A program made the translations under genes and the position numbers. A model generated the notes under the pieces. The model made no database searches. It was given only the letters and a program-made list of their open reading frames with translations, and was not told where the DNA came from. This document shows positions 1 through 12,729 of a stretch of DNA of 64,000 bases, piece by piece; positions within the stretch are counted from its first letter, which is position 1; every line of letters begins with the position of its first letter. The DNA is from Paraphysomonas bandaiensis (lineage: Eukaryota > Protista > Chrysophyceae), in the NCBI GenBank assembly GCA_965644295.1, contig CBFFRP010000405.1, positions 124,001 to 188,000 on the forward strand. The letters are read 5' to 3'.

Positions 1-1973
1 CTGCGTCATGGTTTTTCTAATCCCCTTGTGAGCAACACTGCATCATCTGTTCCCTCGGGGTCGGTTCTCTCCCACCCCCTTTCCAAGACAATGGACCCCG
101 GGCTCGTAATTGTGTCTATTGCAGTCATATGTGCAGTGGTAAGATGGTGATTAATTTATAGCACTGGGGTACTTATAGTATTGTGCAGTTAGATCGCAAA
201 GACATGAGTCGCAGCATCAGTGAAGAATCGATTCGTCTGGTGATAGAGGAAGCAGTAAGGCACCTCGTTGACCCTCGTTTATCTAGTGTAGAAGCGGCTG
301 GTGATGAGATCGACCTCGCGCGGCAGCTCTCTAGTGGACTCACGGCAGTTGTTTTGAAAGTTGTGAAGAGCCCCTACATAAAGCAAGGTTGTTTGTTTGA
401 CGCGGTCTGTGGTCGTCCTGATTTTTTGTAGGAACGGTTATGTGTGCTATAATCAACAACCTTATGCTCTGCATTGAAGACAAGCCTCACTCGGTATGTG
501 AACTACTAGTACGAGACAATGTTACCTCATCCATTACTCAGCGCCCATTGCCGTCGGGTTGCACTCGCCCTCTTTCCCGCCTTCTGCTGAAGGTATCGAT
601 TGTCGTACCTATGTAAACTCTATTGCTGTCTATTAATCTGCTCGTAGCTATTGGATGCTGAAGCCGGCCGAGGTGCAGATGCCGCCTTCCGCATGCCTAA
701 CGTGGATTGCATGCGTTTGGTTTCCGTCTTAAATACCTTTTTTAACGAGCACCCGGCCTCACCGCCGCAAGATGAGACGCCCTATTGCTGTGCGAAAACC
801 GTTCTCGCTGAGGTAAGTTGATATCGCGTCATCCCAATGAAACAGTCACTGTAATATTTCCAGATGATTAAGGCTCTGGGCATCTTGGAGGTATTACGTA
901 TTACGAAAATCCTTAAGATTCCCCCCACGTCATTCCTACGTCGGTACTGAGTCTACCTTTCCACTTTAGCTTTGGTTGATTGTTTTCAGGCTAATCGACC
1001 GAATAGATGTGGACTCCAATTGTGGCCGCGGATTGCCTGAGTCTTCTGTGGCCCCGGATTTAAGCGCCAAGATTGTAGCTATCGTCGACAGAATTAATCA
1101 CGTATGTCCTTGAATCATCACCATAGTTGACGATATAAATTTTGCTTTTGCAGTCTCGTGATAAGATGGCTCCCATTCGTGATCTTCATCAACTGGCGAA
1201 GGTAACTTACGATGACGATGCCTGTAATGTCTTGACGGATGTGTAATAGGCCCATCCTGAAATAGTTGTCGCCCACTACTTGCGACACTTATCTTCCACA
1301 TTCCAGAACTATGTTATGGATGCGCTGGCTAAGCTAGGTATAATGCACTGTCGTGAAGCTGACACCTCTTACGGTACGCAGATGATCCACATCAACAGTC
1401 GGCGTCGGATACAGAGGGTTTGGTTTCTGAACTACCTGCACCACCTCGAAAGCCAGTTTCGGCTGCTGTCGAGCCACCAAGTGCTCCTAATTCTGCTGCT
1501 GTCCCGGCGGAAGGTGGTGCCTCCGAAGCACTGCGTATTTTGGAGGGACTTAAGTCACGACCGCGCAACATTAGAAGCGGCTCAACGTTTCATGGTGCCG
1601 GAAACTTGGACGCTGATAACAGTGACTTGGTTTCTGTGGGCAGTATGTCGAGCAGGTTTATGGAAATTCTATGTGGAAAGTAAAACTGATTTCTATACAT
1701 TCCAGATCTTCATCGGTGAATCGCGCTATTATTCAGGACAAAATTAAGGGTACACTGAGCTCTTTGTCTGCCTCCCTGTCTCTCGACCCTACACCTGGCT
1801 CTCCATTAGCTGTTGGTACGTTCAATATTTTTTGTAACCATTGTAATAACCCGATATCAGCTTCATCTGGTGCTGTGAGTAACTCTGAAGGGGATTTAGC
1901 GGCCCGTCTGCAACGCCTCAAAAAAATGGACAGCTCACGGTCTCGCGAGACTTTCACTCACGATAATTTGTAA
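1..1973 (+). CDS. 3' portion of multi-exon XMAP215/ch-TOG/MOR1-like microtubule polymerase gene (5' end outside window)
   Basis: Spliced exons give ...SISEESIRLVIEEAVRHLVDPRL...RQLSSGLTAVVLK, ...DETPYCCAKTVLAE, FQNYVMDALAKL and a terminal LAARLQRLKK. These resemble, from memory, the C-terminal region of MOR1/ch-TOG (LLDERV, DDKPLRMVKTVLHE). GT-AG introns separate the blocks; stop at 1971-1973. Confidence 0.6.
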
Positions 1974-2612
1974 TTCCCTTATGATCTATTCATGGAGTAA
2001 TTGAGATTTTTTCTCGCTCGCTTGCGACCGGTCGAGGAAAGCATTTTTATGGAAGCTTCGTAGATGTTGCGGGGCATGTTTTGATTAATGGAATTGTGTT
2101 CGGAGTGTAGGGGTTAAGTATTTTTAAAAAGAATGATACTTATGATTTTACGTCGAGGTAATGAACTACTTGCACATATGATAGCGTGATTTTTTTAGTT
2201 TGCACATCAAATCAGATTTGTCGCACGATATTTCCCCGACTTCGGTGGGCTGTTTTGGCACTTTCGTAGATATTCATTCAATGTTAAACTGAATGAGTCA
2301 CTGTGCATTTTTAAATGTATCTAGTATCAAGCAGGACTGCGTAACAACTAATTGGCGCAGGTTATTGTCAAGTATAGATGCAATTAATACGTGCTGCCCC
2401 AATTAATTGTCAATTATAGTTGCAATTATTAGTTGCTGTCTCAATTTCAATTATTGCAATTAAATTATTTAGTACTAAAATACACTAGCTGCCAATCTAG
2501 CTACTACGCTACCACAACTGTCATTTCATTCCAGAGGCGACGATTCATGCGTAAAAACATAAGTAGCTCTTAAATGTTGAGGAGTCAAGCTCTTGCACAA
2601 TCCTGTCTTAAC

Positions 2613-3559
2613 TGTTGAGTTTTGCCGTTGGAGCAATTAAAAGCTGTAATTCTGCCCGTCAGTTATGTCTCGCGATGTGAGGATTCAATCTACATAGTAT
2701 CCGTCAATTATGTCTTGCGATGTGAAGATTCAATGTACAGCTCATGAGGTCTTGTGTGGTAAGCGTACGGGTGTTGACTAGTGTGTCCACCCTGGGTGAG
2801 GTAAACCTTTATGATGAGGAGATTGTCAATCTGTGTGATGACAGTGACTGTTGTAATAACTAACATAATATGTCTAATTATAGAGAGACCAAGGCATAAT
2901 ATATGAGAAGTTTGTTAATTGCCTTGATTTGCTTCAGTGTGTAAAAGTAGCAGGCTGTGTCTGCTGGCATGCAGGAACTGGTGTGGCTTCGGGGGGTGTT
3001 GATCGAACTGGGACTTCGATTGTACGAATCCACTCCATTCTTCCTGACAGCCAGAGCGCACGTGACTTAGCGTTGAAGTTGAATGATGTGGTGTGATTGA
3101 TCTCAGTGACGAGGATAAGAAATCATACGTGCTGTTATCAGAGACAGAAGATCTTTCAGATGTGTTGTCTATGGTGAGACTTGCTGAAACGTCGGAGTCA
3201 TACGTCCACCGGTTTGTCCTATGAGGTTTTTGGTGGTTGCGTATCCGTCAGTTATGTCTCGTGATATGAAGAGTCTATCTACAGCTTTGAATTGAGAGGG
3301 AGTGTTGAGTTTTGCCGTTGGAGCAATTAAAAGCTGTAATTCTGCCCGTCAGTTATGTCTCGCGATGTGAGGATTCAATCTACATAGTATCCGTCAATTA
3401 TGTCTTGCGATGTGAAGATTCAATGTACAGCTCATGAGGTCTTGGTGGTTGCGTATCCGCCCGTCAGTTATGACTCGTGGTTTGACAATTCAATGTACAG
3501 CTTTGAATTGATAGGGAGTGTTGAGTTTTGCTGTTTGAGCAATTAAAAGCTGTAATTCT
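2613..3559 (+). mobile_element. Degenerate, internally deleted Ty1/copia LTR retrotransposon with repeated LTR-like units
   Basis: 142-bp direct repeats starting TGTTGAG at 2613-2754 and 3303-3444, plus a partial third copy at 3519. Purine tract (TTGAGAGGGAG / TTGATAGGGAG) directly precedes copies 2 and 3. 2951-3075 translates with a frameshift to AGMQELVWLRGVLIELG...TPFF-DSQSARDLAL, a copia RNase H motif. Confidence 0.8.
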
Positions 3560-4836
3560 AAGATATTGGAATTATGACGGTTACTGGAGAATACAGTAGT
3601 GATGAACTGTATTATGAGAAGTGATATCATGACGATGTAAGATCGTACTAGAAATGAGTGGTAGTGGAGACAACATGATATTGATGAATGATAAGAGACA
3701 TTGATTATAATTTATAATTCTCAGCTTTGAGTATAAGTTCTCTTCTGTTGTTAAGTTAATACTTCTCATATAATGTCAAACCTTGACATTAACAATCGAA
3801 CTCTATTGAACAACCTTTCAACATTATTGGACAGTGGTTGAAACAATTCCTATTCCTCCCGTATTGCACGAGCTTGGCATGCTCCTTTTTACTTGGCATT
3901 AGACTTAACTCGTCGGAACTAAACTCGAATGATCGCATATGACTACATAGAAGCAAGTAGCTGCCAATTATGGAAAATGTGGAGCCCCTTTTCCTAATAG
4001 GACAAATCTCTATTGCAGCCTCTTCATTATTATTATCATTTACTTTCTCTAATAATACTCGTACAATGACTTATGGTGCCAGTTTGTCGCTCATATCGCT
4101 AATTCAGTTAAATGAATTACTATGTGAGATAATTCTATGGATATTATAGTCAGTCACCAATCTTCGATTTTTATCCTAAGAATTGGATTTTTCAATAAAA
4201 ATGCCGTTTGTTAACTACTTTTTAGCATAAAAAGGTGGTTCTTTATATCAATTAATTGAAGCGAGCTGGAGTCAAAAATAATTGCAATTATGATTCGACG
4301 TCCCAATTTCAATTATTGATATTTCACACGGATTTAGAGATACACGTGAATCAATGAATCTCAATACAATAAAGTGCACATCGTATATCTTAAGATCATA
4401 ATGCATATTGTATATATATAATTTATTATGTCATAATTATTCTAAAACGAAAGCTGACAATGTATTAAATATTATTACGTATCCTTTTCATGAGTACTGA
4501 TCGTTACGACATCGACTATAACTTGCCCACTGAATTCTTAATTTAATCAACTGGAGTTCCGAAAACAAACTAGGTAGGCAAAGTTGAATGCACATCACGG
4601 ATAATCATTAATATCAAACTTACATATTCAAACTACATACTACGTCAACTAAAATACCACCAATATATATTTCCTTCGGAAACTGTAATATAAGAGAATA
4701 TAAACTATCACGGGCTCAACCAAAAGTACACCAAAATAAATTTAACACAAATTGGGTCATTGTACACAAATTTGAATAATAATAACGCACTGCTGTGCAT
4801 CAACTACGAAGCTTACTATATCTTGAAAACGACGAA

Positions 4837-6197
4837 TTACAAGGAGTCTCTGTAAATCGATCTTGTCATGTTCGCCGGATTCACGAAACTCTCAAATCCC
4901 CATAGCTCAACATCTGATATCTTAAAGGGAAGCCTATGTGGAGTCAGACGAGGGTTTCCGAAAGTGTCGCATGGGTTGGTTTCACCATATTCGAAGTCCG
5001 GATCTAGGACGAAGCCAAATTGTCCTCCTCCTCCTCCCATTGCTATCTGGGACTGATTACTCCACATAAAGAAATAATTTTCGAATTTCCAGTCGAATAC
5101 TTCCACATCATCTGTATCGGGTAGTGCCTTGAAAAGAAAGCACTCTCCACCACCGTAAAACATGTGCTTACGCTGCGGTCGCCAAGTCTCCGATCCAAAG
5201 CCCCCGAACACACTCCCATCCTCTGCTCGCACCACCAGAAGGCTGTATTTGTGACCGACAGCACTCTGGTAAAAAGAGTTCAGATCAGCACCATGCAACA
5301 GCAGAGAGTAGAGAGGGCGCCAGGAGTCATGCTGTATAGAAGGGGGAAACCGCCGGGCCAGAGCCCCCACCTGACGGTTGCTGAGAATACTACTGTTAGC
5401 GCTCTGCACCTGAACTGAGGGACGGGGATGCAGTTGGTTCACTGTGGAATGTAAAACGAATGGAGGTGAGCAAGATAACTCCACGTCAGCATACTGCTCG
5501 TAGTCGCCGTCGGACTCTGTTTCTGCATCTGAGTACTCATAAGCAAGGTCCCGACATGTACTACGACGTCTCGGAAATATGTGAATCTCATCCTCCAGAT
5601 TAAGCTTATCGCTTCTCATCTTGTCGCTAAGGTTGGGATCACTTATGGCTTTGTAGCGAAACGATGACATACTGTTCAAAGCGCGGACAGGGGGAGCAGC
5701 AGGTGCACACGCAACTGACGTAGCGTCAACAACAATGTCGGGTTTGCATGGCGTTGCACTAACAGGGACCGAAACAGGTTGTGATATTTTATTCATATTA
5801 CTCGTCATTGATGGAGTAGACGCGCGGAGTCTCTCCATCTCCTTAAATGAGGAATTTTTATGACAGTCTGCGAGCATCTTGAAGGGCTTCTCTGCTGTCT
5901 CTGTGTTTGCCTTAAGGCGAATTTCCTGAAACTGAAATCAGCAATCTGACAGCGATCTGATTGGCTGCTACATATACACTCTACAGCATACACTGCACCC
6001 ACCTGCCCGACATAGATGTCATTCTTCCCGTATAAATGATTGTATTTCTTCAGTCGAGCGACTGATATGTTGAATTTAATGGATATTCCTGCGAGAGAGT
6101 CTCCTTCTTGTACGATATACATGCTATTGATACGTGTATGGGTGGAGTCCCCTGCCTCTGCTGTATCTCGGAGAGGATGATCAGTCTCAAGCACCAT
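4837..6197 (-). CDS. LysM + TLDc domain protein (OXR1/NCOA7-like)
   Basis: Exon 1 LysM (YIVQEGDSLAGISIKFNISVARLKKYNHL); GT-AG intron 5926-6002; exon 2 TLDc (LYSLLLHGADLNSFY...VFGGF...FYGGGECFLF...AMGGGGG...PCDTFGNPRL...VELWG). Confidence 0.9.
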
Positions 6198-7011
6198 CAC
6201 TCACACGCTCACTCTATAGGCCGGCGACAACTATAACTAACAGGTTCAAGTACTACAGTATTATTCTAGCAGGCAGGTGAGGGGGACAGGCGCGGGTCTG
6301 GAGGTGCTTGGAGTTCACTGGTGTCTGGTTCTGGTGTCTGGACTGGGACGCAAGGAACACAAAATTTCGTCAAGAGATCAGTATATATATTCGTATACCA
6401 CTATACGCGGTATACATACACATCCTACCAGTCAGAGCGCAGTGTACCACATACATACCTGCTGTAAGCACCAGATGGTACTGTATATCCAACTACACCA
6501 GGGTGTACCGCTGCATGTGGACCTATGTACAGTGTGCGTATACACTACCCTATACACTATATACAGCAGTATCTATGTACACCAGTAGCATAGGAACCGT
6601 TGGTGTGTTTTGTTTCTGTTTTTGTTGGGTGAAAGTTTGTCCACAGCAAAAACAAGTCAACTGCTATGTCTGGATGTACTGCTGCTGTGGTATGGTGTAC
6701 TCCATATACTGTTTCAGTGGTGCGGAACATAAGCCGGCTGATTCCATACAATGATAGCTACAATTCTACGAAACGAATAATAAGTACGCTACATGGCAAT
6801 GTGTCTATAGGAAGGCGTTAGTGTTGATTGAGGAGCAGAGTACTGGAAGTTCTGTGTTCCATATCTGTATGATTGTGACTCCAGTCGGCTGTGCTCATTG
6901 ACTTCATTCCATTTTATAACTTCTAGTAACGGCGAGATAGTACCTATGACCAGTATAAATATATTCGACTTTGTTAACATTAGATCATAATCGCTATTTA
7001 ATTAATTTGAA

Positions 7012-8178
7012 ATGGATATAAGTGATCGTTTCAGTAATACAGATATGGACTCTAGTTCCAGGTCCATGTTGCCAGTACATTGTACTAATGGTGTTGAAAG
7101 CAGGGAAAATGCTGTAATTTGTCGCCGAGGTGCTTTTCAATTCCTTCCTGTTTTATGTTCTAATGATTTGGTGCACGGTTCGTGGTGGTTTTTCTGGGGT
7201 TCTGTATTTGCAACCATTGTGCCTGTGGTCCCACTTCTGGACGATTATATTGTTGTAATGCCTGACCACGATGACACGTTACATGCATTCAATTATGATA
7301 TCACATGGTACTTTATGTTGGTGTCTGGTATCTTCTTTACCCTAGGATCTCTTGCCTTTGTACGTGCATTTGAGGAACCCCCCTTGTTCCCTGTATTTCG
7401 TTGGGTTCATGTGGGCACTGATGAGCTACTGGGAGCGTGGCTGTTTTTTTTCGGTACTCTTCCTTCGGTTCCACTGTGTGGAGTATTTGTATGGTGGTAT
7501 CCCTTTCAGCTCTCTTACTGCGGTGCTTTAGTAGCCTCTGTTATTTTCGTTATTGGTGCCTTTTTGTTCGTATTGGCCTGCTATCCCTCAAACAAGGTAA
7601 ATTATATTGATTGTCTGTTCTATGAACTACTGATATATTGATTGTAGACCAATGCATGCAACTTACAACCGATATTTATCTACATTTTTGGTCGCCGTCG
7701 GTGGATTGATAAGCATATATGTAATGATTGGTTGGCGGGAACGTGGTTCTTTTTTTACGCGACTCTGGCCTGGGTGGTAGGCTCCATATACTACCTAATG
7801 CGGAGTGTAGACCTGAATAATATGGAGGAGCTACTCATTTGGACCCTTTCATTTACAGACTCTGTATTCTATCTCATAGGGTCTGTGTATTATGTCGCAG
7901 GCATGTATATGATGGTATAATCCCATTTACTCTGATCTGTCCTCTTAGGATCGTACCCTGCCTCGACTGTGAAGCTTATGATGCACACACACGTCACTGC
8001 CTCTAGCCCTCTTCCTTCTCCGATGGACACTGAAGCCCCTTCTCCCCCTCCAACCCCTACGCTGCAAACACCGCCGTCTGCGTTGGCGAATGAGAGAACT
8101 GAAATTGTCACACCAGTAACGGTTCACATGACCCGCCGACGATATGAATCCCTAGATAGTCCTATGCCGAGTGAATGA
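7012..8178 (+). CDS. Multi-pass membrane protein with three internal repeats, 3 exons
   Basis: Hydrophobic ORF; introns 7597-7647 and about 7901-7948 join the ORFs in frame; repeated motif NDLVHGSW / TDELLGAW / NDWLAGTW; Pro-rich tail. Confidence 0.75.
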
Positions 8179-8832
8179 TTCCTGAGCGGACATGTCTAAT
8201 GTCAGGTCTCAACTAAATATATGCAGTGGTGATTCTTAGATGTCGCAAGTAGACCACACAACAGTGTCTATAATTGCAGTAGCTGATGTTTTCGTTCATC
8301 GAAGTGTATCTTGTACAGTACAGTGGTTATTCGTAGGTTTAACAACCTAAAGTTTATTTTATATCGACATTGCCTTCAAGGTGGATAACTATGATGGCAA
8401 GCGTAGTGTCTGGGTGCCTTTTAGTACTTAGTATACCATATAATAAAATAGCATGACATCTGCGACAAACTCGTATCTGCACAAATCAAATCATGTTGTA
8501 CAGCATCACCTTTGTCCTCCTGCCAAAGAACGGAGGATCCTTACAAGCAGTAGATGGAGCATGATATATTACCTTGAAAACCTCAAATTTAGTTAGTATT
8601 AGTATTGATGTATACTTAGTAAGAATTATAAACAAAGTTATGAATAATCGTAATGTTGTATTCTACATAATTTAAAATCTAACCCCCCCGTTAGCAAATT
8701 TAGTGGTGTATCTATATAGTTTTTAAGAAAGTAAGTGTAAATGAGTAATACGTATGATTCAAACACATTGCTTGATGCTTGATGTATGAGTGATATCATT
8801 CTTTATAAACAATAAACACATAATCACCATAT

Positions 8833-9740
8833 ATGAAAGTCTGATTATTACATGAGTACGGTTGCGTACAGAAACTAGTTTATGTCTATAGACTAGCTAA
8901 TAACTAGATTTGCTATATACTACTAGTGGCGGGCAACCGTCTCGGGACTGCTTGTGCATCGCTGCGAGCACCATGGTGCAACCGTCCCTTGTAGTGAGGT
9001 TAGTCGGGGGGTCTACCTTTGGGCAATGTGTCTGGCGGGCCTGTGCCATGGATTATGTGGGGGGTGGGTGAGGCGAGTTGTATATGAGAGTGCAAGTCGG
9101 TGGTGGAGATGGTGCTGGTTGTTGAGGTGGGGTTTCGGCTACAAGTAAGGAGAAGTTGTTTCCGGAGTGGTTGCGCTTGCCTCTGTCGGGTCTGGGCTCT
9201 TGCAGAGAGTGTAGTTCGTGGGGTGGATGTCGCCTGGAGTAGCTGGAGTACTTTTGGTGTCGGGTGGGTATCCTGGGGCTGGCGGGGCTTTGCGTGTGTC
9301 GGGACCGGTGTCGCCGGTGCCGTGTCTACGTTGTGGTGTCTGTGTCCCCTATTGCGAAGCATGCGGAGCCCTCCATCATATAGGGGGAGTAGGATAGAGG
9401 CGATGGATTTTTCTAGGGCGTGGAATTGATGTTCGAGCAGTGAGCTGGATATGTGGCGTCCGAATGCGTCGGCCATTTGTGTGGCAGTAATGTGGCCGGT
9501 CCAGTAGCGCTCAACCTGGGGGGTGGCTGGGTTCCATGCGGCTTTGGCTAGTTTGGTTATGGCGGTGTAAAACCAGGGATGGGGGAGCGTGCGTGTGCGA
9601 AGTTTGTCAAGCTTATTGTGGTGTGCTTGGTGGACATCTTCACGTATATGAATGATGTCAGGATGAGTGCAGGTGAGAAGCATGTGCGCCATGTTGTCTG
9701 TGGGGTGTGCACAATCTGTGCATGTGGAAGCCGTTGTGCG
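8833..9740 (-). mobile_element. 5'-truncated non-LTR retrotransposon (copy B): C-terminal ORF2 with CCHC zinc knuckle plus 3' UTR
   Basis: CTDCAHPTDNMAHMLLTC (CX2CX8HX4C); paralogous to copy A (AWNPATPQVERYWTG vs AWNPSVPQVERFWTG); ORF ends GRPPD*; element ends GACTTTCA; 13-bp TSD ATAATCACCATAT. Confidence 0.8.
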
Positions 9741-9753
9741 ATAATCACCATAT

Positions 9754-10680
9754 TGAATGTCTTTTTATTTAGCAATAGGCGTTAAAAACTCGTTCCGATA
9801 TAGTGGCTAGTTGAATACTAGATCTACTAGTTAGACCTCTACCCATAACTAATCAGCACAAATTCTATTATCCTACTATTTAACGCTACAGAAGCTGCTT
9901 GTGCGTCGCCGCAAGCACCAAGGTGCAACCACTTCCGTTCTTGATGTTGTGTGTGAGTTCGCCCTGCTCGTGTGTCTGAGGACTCACTATTGCGTGTTGC
10001 CCGGGGGTCTCCCCTTGGGATAAGGTTCCGCCTGGCTCTGAGGTACCGGGTTCTGTATTAAGGTCCTGAGTGTACCGAGCACTAGATGTGTGTACTGAGA
10101 TGTTGATGGTGTGGTGGAATGTGGCGGTGTCACCATGCACCGTCTGGGCGTTGGGCATAGGAGGAGTTGCCGGAGACGTCGTCGCCGTTGTCTAGGGCCT
10201 GTTGGTTTTATACGGTCCGGTGCTATGGTCCTTTGTGTACGGTTGATAAGGTTTATAGGTGCGGTGGGCGGTGTTCCAGTCTCGGTTCTTCTGTGGATTC
10301 CTAGTAATCTTAGCACCCTTGGGCGTTTCCGTTTCTGTCTGTGTTTTGGACTCGGCCGCGGTAGTAGCCTTGGGGGACCTTTCCGTAGGGTCACGTATCT
10401 TCTACTTCGATCTTGGATCATGAGCTTTCCTGCAGCGAAAAGCGGTAGAAGTAATTTTATGATCGCTGATTCGATGCTGCGCAGTCCTTGGGATGTCAGT
10501 GACTCATGGATGTGATCTCCAAAAACCATTTCAAGCTGTGTAGTTGTGATGGTACCCGTCCAGAATCGCTCCACCTGTGGCACGGAAGGGTTCCAGGCCC
10601 TGCTGGAGAGTCGCTGGAGTACAGTGGTGGTCCATTGGGGTAGTTCCGGATTTCTCATTTCTTCTAGAAGCGCGTTTTTG
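9754..10680 (-). mobile_element. 5'-truncated non-LTR retrotransposon (copy A)
   Basis: ORF remnant ending EPYPKGRPPG; shared 3' UTR motif; ends AATAAAAAGACATTCA; 31-bp direct repeat at 8802-8832 and 10681-10711. Confidence 0.8.
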
Positions 10681-12065
10681 TTTATAAACAATAAACACAT
10701 AATCACCATATCGTTCATTCAGATCATTGAAATTGCTACATGAATATTGCCTCATATCTGTAATCACTTTGACATTAGACTCTAAACCCTTCTGTAAAAA
10801 TCAAAGTATTTTGAATTAAATAAAAATATTTTACACAGGTGTAAACAACAAGTTATGTTTTGGTGGTATCTCTGACAAAACTCTCTCGCCTATTTACGTC
10901 ATACTTCTAATAATCTGTCATCTTAAATATCCTGTGTTGATTTGAGTGAAAGCATCCATTCCAACTACTTGCTAATATCTAGGTACTGTATTCACCCTTA
11001 CTATCACCACAAATGATAGTGTTCGTATATTCAGTGTAAGGGGTAAACCCCGTTACACATTAATCAAACGCAGGTTAAAAATACCCAAAATAATTCATTT
11101 ACTGAAACAGGCAGAGTTCCGCTAGTTACTACCTATTTGACCAATTTAGTACTGAAAAAGATTGCAGGAGCACCCTTATCAAACGCAGTATTGTACACCT
11201 GCTCATTAAAACAAAGCACTGTTATGTAAGGTAAGAAAACTTCTTAAGAAACATTATTCGTTATATATAGTAGTGTAAGGTATAGCATCCATCCGTCTCG
11301 AGATATGGCGTTCTGTGTTCTTCAGGATGTCCTTCGCTCCGTAAAAAAAGTATCCAACAGAAGATCCACCAAAGGGATGGCATCTATGCCAATGCAATGA
11401 TCTTTTCCCTACAATGAGACTTCGTATTCTCCATATCTTCCTCCGAGTCAGAGGGGCTATGATCGTCAGATGCTGGAGGTTGTTCCCGCTGCCTCCGATA
11501 GGAGTATAGCCGCTCTACTCTATCAGAGACGCTGGATTCCTTACTTGAGCCCGAGAGTGAGAGCGTTTGTTGTTTGCACCCTCTTGAAATCAGGTCAAAC
11601 TCTCTTCCGCCCCTATTGCCATAGCACAAGTCCTTATGGATATAGCAAGGGGGTGATGTCGATCGATGATAATAGGCTGATGGGATATAGAAACACGTAG
11701 TTTTCTGTAAAATGCGGATTTTATGCCACAGTATGTTCCGCTGCCTTGAACTGTGCAGCAGTATTATGACTGTATACCAGTATGTACTCGAAACCAGTGG
11801 TACAACACACACACATATTCTGCGTACCATATACTGCTGTATACCATATACAGTATACCGCTATACGGTATACTCAATATGTATATATGTACATACTACG
11901 ATACTTGCAGTGGACCTCCCTACACTGTACGATCGTAGTATGTCTGCACGGTATTCGTATAATGGTCGAGTCTATCGATGTCCGCGCAATAATATCACTG
12001 GAGTAAAATAAACACTTGCTGATTGTGTAGTTGTACTTAGAGGGTTACTCGGAGGATTTAAGAAA

Positions 12066-12729
12066 ATGAGAAAGCGAATCACTTTTCGCCAGCTGAACAT
12101 GCGAACCAAGCACAGATGGGCCGTGCTGAGGTACTGATGGAGTGGTTAAGTAGACTTGAGCTCACTGTGTATTGATTGCTTTCAGAAATATGGTCACATC
12201 GTTGATATATCATGAACGAATAATGACCACCACTGCTCGGGCTAAGGAACTGCGAAGAGTTGCAGAGAACATGGTTACTTATGCTAAGAATGGTATTTTT
12301 TGCGTGTTGTTTCTGAGATGCTCGTGTAACACCACAGCAGGCGACCTTCACAACCGACGCCTGGCAGCGCGCGTTGTCAGAGAGAGGGCTGCAGTGGTTA
12401 AGTTGTTTGAAATTCTTGGCCCTCGCTACAAGTACGACTATGACTGTTCATTGACAGGAAGATATTTAATTTGCGTTTCTAGGGATAGACCCGGGGGTTA
12501 TACGAGAGTTATGAAGCTCGGACAGGCGAGACGAGGGGACTCCTCTGATATGTCTTTTATAGAGTTTGTCGACAGGTACGATAGCGTGTTGTTCCTAGTA
12601 TGTACTGGTTTGCTGACTTGCTCTGTGTTCCGCAGGGAAGGAGAGCTGCGCTCTGCCAAGCCCGTCCAAGCTTCTCGCAAACCATCACTCGACAGTGTAA
12701 AGGAAGAGTTGCTGGAAGAATTAGACTAA
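12066..12729 (+). CDS. MRPL17: Organellar (probably mitochondrial) ribosomal protein L17 (bL17), multi-exon
   Basis: MRKRITFRQLNMRTKHRWAVL|RNMVTSLIYHERIMTTTARAKELRR...RPGGYTRVMKLGQARRGDSSDMSFIE, the bL17 signature; four short GT-AG introns. Confidence 0.9.

Noticed and set aside
3564-3794. Possible solo LTR ending in the hairpin TAATGTCAA-ACC-TTGACATTA
   Set aside because: Termini are imperfect and there is no matching TSD, so it cannot be supported.
11280-11830. Minus-strand ORF divergent from bL17
   Set aside because: May be a small gene, but its 5' half is promoter-like low-complexity sequence and I could not build a consistent exon structure.
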